Assembly: GCF_006345805.1 (NCBI RefSeq)
Contig: NW_021835767.1
Location: forward strand, 1-38,778
DNA from: Octopus sinensis
Lineage: Eukaryota
Direction of reading: 5' to 3'
DNA length: 38,778 nt
Each line of letters opens with the position of its first letter. The first letter of the stretch is position 1. The notes beneath the pieces are model-generated. The model searched no databases, was not told where the DNA came from, and worked only from the letters and a program-made list of their open reading frames with translations. Shown one piece after another: positions 35,289 to 38,778 of this stretch. Made by a program: the position numbers and the translations under genes.

Positions 35289-35565
35289 TCTTCTTCTTCT
35301 TCTTCTTCTTCTTCTTCTTCTTCTTCTTCTTCTTCTTCTTCTTCTTCTTCTTCTCTTCTTCTTCTTCTTCTTCTTCTTCTTTCTTCTTCTTCTTCTTCTT
35401 CTGCTCTTTCTTCTCTTTTCTTCTTCTTGCTCTCTTTCCTCCTTTTCTTCTTTCTTCTTCTTCTTCTTCTCTTCTCTTTCTTCTATTTCTTTCTTCTCTC
35501 TTCTTCTTCTTCTCTTCTCCTTCTCTTCTCTCTTCTTCCTCTTCTTCTTCCTTCTTCTTCTTCTC
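35289..35565. repeat. (CTT)n polypyrimidine tract
   Basis: Read directly, about 275 bp. Confidence 0.97.
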
Positions 35566-35602
35566 CTATATATGCACACACAGACACACACACACATACA
35601 CG

Positions 35603-35634
<32 letters not shown>

Positions 35635-35677
35635 CACACACACACACACACCACACTCACATATATATATATATATG

Positions 35678-36091
35678 TTCTTTTATTCTTTTCTTGTTTC
35701 AGTCATTTGACTGTGGCTATACTGCAACACCGCATTTAATCGAGCAAACCGACCCCAGGACTTATTCTTTGTATGCTTAGTACTTATCCTATGTGACTCT
35801 TTTGTCGAACCACTAAGTTACAGTGACATAAACACACCACCATCGGTTGTCAGGCGATGTTGTGGGGACAAACACAGAGACAAAAACATAGACTCACACA
35901 CACACACACACACGCACACACACACAATATATATATATATATATACGACAGACTTCTTTCAGTTTCCGTCTAACAAATTCACTCACAAGGTTTTGGTCGG
36001 CCTGAGGCTATAGCAAAAGACACTTGTCCAAGGTGCCATGCAGTGGGACTGAACCCAGAACCATGTGGCTGGTAAGCAAGCTATTTACCAC
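35678..36091 (-). mobile_element. SINE family A, near full length
   Basis: Colinear with 17884-18297. Confidence 0.92.
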
Positions 36092-36192
36092 GAGTGCGCG
36101 CGTGTGTGATGTGCGTGTATCTATGCATATGCACATATATATATATATGTGTGCGCGTGTGCGTATATGTATATATGTATGAACACACATTC

Positions 36193-36382
36193 CTTTACTT
36201 GTTTCAGTTATTTGACTGCGGCCATGCTGGAGCGCCGCCTTTAGTCGAACAAATCGACCACAGTTCTTATTCTTTGTAAGCCTATTACTTATTCTATCGG
36301 TCTCTTTAGACGACAGGAGAGTTAAAAAAAACAGCATCGGTTGTCAGCACAGTGGTAGAACAACAGTGACACAAATACACAC

Positions 36383-36385
<3 letters not shown>
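36193..36385 (-). mobile_element. SINE family A, 3' half (partner of 38078-38243)
   Basis: CTTTACTTGTTTCAGT.ATTTGACTGCGGCCATGCTGGAGC through to the internal microsatellite. Confidence 0.9.
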
Positions 36386-36440
<55 letters not shown>

Positions 36441-36572
36441 GTATATACATCTATCTATCTATCTATCTATCTATAATATAATATATAATATATATATATA
36501 TATATATATTATATTATATATATAATATCCACATATATATATATATATGTTATAATCTATCTATCTAATATC

Positions 36573-38012
36573 TACCGTCCGATCTCACTCACCTCTCATA
36601 TCATCAAGGTATTTGAGAGGGTGGTGAGATCTCGAATAACCCAATTTCTGGAAAGCAACAGACGGCTGATCTCTAACCAACATGGGTTCCGTAATGGAAG
36701 GGACTGCCTACGCAGCTCCTGCATCACTTTGATGACATTTTGAGAGCTTTGGGAGAGGGCTCCAACACCGATGTCATCTACCTTGATTTCAGTAAGGCCT
36801 TCGACAGGGTCGATCACCAGGATCCTATTGAAAAAACTATCCAACATTGGTGTCTCTGGAAAGTTAACTGAAATGGATCAAGTGTTTCCTGACAGACAGA
36901 TCTCAACATGTTGTAGTTGAAGGGGTAAAATCAAGTCCAGCCAAAGTCAGTAGTGGCGTTCCGCAAGGCACTGTGCTGGGCCCACTTCTTTTCATCATTT
37001 ACATTATGACTTAATGACATCATCAAGCACAGCAACATAAAAATCTTTGCAGATGATTCAAGCTACAGAAGGTCATAAATGAGGCGAGTGACCGGACATG
37101 CCTTCAGTCAGATCTACTGGCTGTTATCCAATGGGCAGAAAAAAACAATATGCTGCTGAACGAGGATAAATTTGAGTTAATCCACTTTGGAAAAGAGGGT
37201 GCCCTGAAACTCCCATACTCCCTTCCTTCAGGTGAAACTCTCGCGGCGTCCAACAACATCAGAGACTTGGGAGTAATTGTGGACAACAACATAAGCTGGG
37301 CCACTCATATAACACCAAAGTTGACATGGCCCGCAGAATGTGTTCCTGGATCTCAGAACTTTCCAGTCGAGAGAGATATCCACACATTATCCTTCTCTTC
37401 TCCACTTTTGCCCGACCCCACCTTGAATACTGTTGTCCACTGTGGTCTCCCCACACAATAAAAGGTATCATAAAAGTTGAAGCACCTCAAAGGGCAATCA
37501 CAAAAAAGATAGATGGCATGACAGGCCTCGACTATTGGGGTCGACTAGAAAAGCTAAAGCTTTATCTCTCCCAACGTCGTCGTGAGCGCTACATCATCTG
37601 CATGATGTGGAAAATATTCCATCAGCATTGCCCAATGATGTTGGCATCACCTTTAAGGTACATCCAAGGCTTGGGCCCCGTGCCATCCGCCCAAAACAAA
37701 AATCACACACTCATCTCATAACAACAATACGGTACAATTATTTCACCTCAATTGGCCCCGCTCTCTGTAACATTACACCAAACACATTAAACAGAAACTG
37801 ACCCTATAGGGTTCAAGAAGTCTCTGGACAGATTCCTTCAAGAAATCCCGGATAAAACCCCTACACCCCGGATATGTCTCTGTAAACAATAACTCTCTAC
37901 TTGAGTGGGCCATAGTGCCCAAATTCTGACTTGAAAGACTTCACCAGGTGGTGCTATTAAGTTAGACATGGCCTGGGCCAATAATGGCCGAAACCTATCA
38001 AAGTATCAAAGT
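36573..38012 (+). mobile_element. CR1/L2-group LINE, 5'-truncated (copy 3), RT domain with many frameshifts
   Basis: [58 protein letters not shown]; conserved 3' UTR; tail (TATCAAAG)2. Confidence 0.96.
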
Positions 38013-38032
38013 ATATATACCTATATATATAT

Positions 38033-38075
<43 letters not shown>

Positions 38076-38077
38076 AT

Positions 38078-38243
38078 ACTACGGGCTTCTTGCAGTTTCC
38101 GTCTACCAAATCCACTCTCGCAAGGTTTTGGTCGGCCAAAGCTATATAGGAAGACACTTGCCAAAGATGCCGCGCAGTGGGACTGAACCCGGAACCATGT
38201 GGTTGGGAGGGAAGCTTCTTACCACACAGCCACTCCTGCACCT
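38078..38243 (-). mobile_element. SINE family A, 5' half (partner of 36193-36385)
   Basis: Head AGGTGCAGGAGTGGCTGTGTGG...GGTTCAGTCCC on the minus strand. Confidence 0.9.
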
Positions 38244-38332
38244 AAAGTATGCATATAATCATACATTCATTTGTACATATGTACATACACACACACCATC
38301 TCTCTCTCTTTCACTATATATATATATATATA

Positions 38333-38778
38333 TATTTCTCCTTTTCTACTCTAGGCACAAGGCCAGAAATGTTGGGGGATGAGGCCAGTCGATTAGATCT
38401 GGTACTTAATTTATCGAGCCCGAAAGGATGAAAGGCAAATTCGACCCCTCAAATGTGAACTCAGAAAGTAAAGAGAGACGAAATACCTATTTCTTTATTA
38501 CCCACAAGGGGCTAAACATAGAGGGGACAAACAAGGACAGACATAGGTATTAAGTCGATTACATCGACCCCAGTGCGTAACTGGTACTTAATTTATCGAC
38601 CCCGAAAAGATGTAAGGTAAAGTCGACCTCGGAGGAATTTGAACTCAGAATGTAACGGCAGACGAAATACTGCTAAGCATTTCGCCCGGCGTGCTAACGA
38701 CTCTGCCAGCTCGCCGCCTCTTAAAAGGCAAAGTCGACCTCGGGGAAGTTTGAACTCAGATCGTCGCAGCAGACGAAA
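38333..38778 (-). mobile_element. SINE family B array: one tail-X unit plus one tail-Y unit, then a further fragment cut by the window end
   Basis: Same architecture as 2772-3559, with junction GAAATACC|TATTTCTTTA at 38487/38488; head ends at 38719. Confidence 0.9.

Noticed and set aside
34941-35660. 239-aa Arg/Lys/Glu-rich ORF
   Set aside because: Reverse reading of (CTT)n and (CA)n tracts.
37976-37995. GGCC-N6-GGCC-GAAAC as a hammerhead in the LINE 3' UTR
   Set aside because: No CUGANGA-like core upstream, and copy 2 reads AAAAC; treated as an RT-recognition hairpin instead.

Overview
AT-rich, microsatellite-saturated eukaryotic non-coding DNA. The SINE, LINE and Penelope repertoire looks like an octopod cephalopod genome (pattern recall, not a database result). 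No intact cellular protein-coding gene is supported; almost all listed ORFs are translations of simple repeats. Contents: (i) three 5'-truncated copies of one CR1/L2-group LINE (10611-11150, 27703-28800, 36573-38012), each sitting in (TA)n, plus an older related LINE split by a SINE; (ii) many tRNA-derived SINEs of about five families, one forming head-to-tail arrays with a recurrent identical junction; (iii) a truncated Penelope-like element with a GIY-YIG C-terminus, an inverted pseudo-LTR and a minimal hammerhead-ribozyme fold, plus two other repeat ends carrying minimal hammerhead folds; (iv) a hAT MITE with 8-bp TSD, a TA-flanked MITE and a Helentron-associated (HINE/DINE-like) element; (v) several short CpG-containing islands with promoter-type motifs. 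Best leads: the variant-core hammerheads, the self-nesting SINE arrays and the apparent (TA)n targeting of the LINE.
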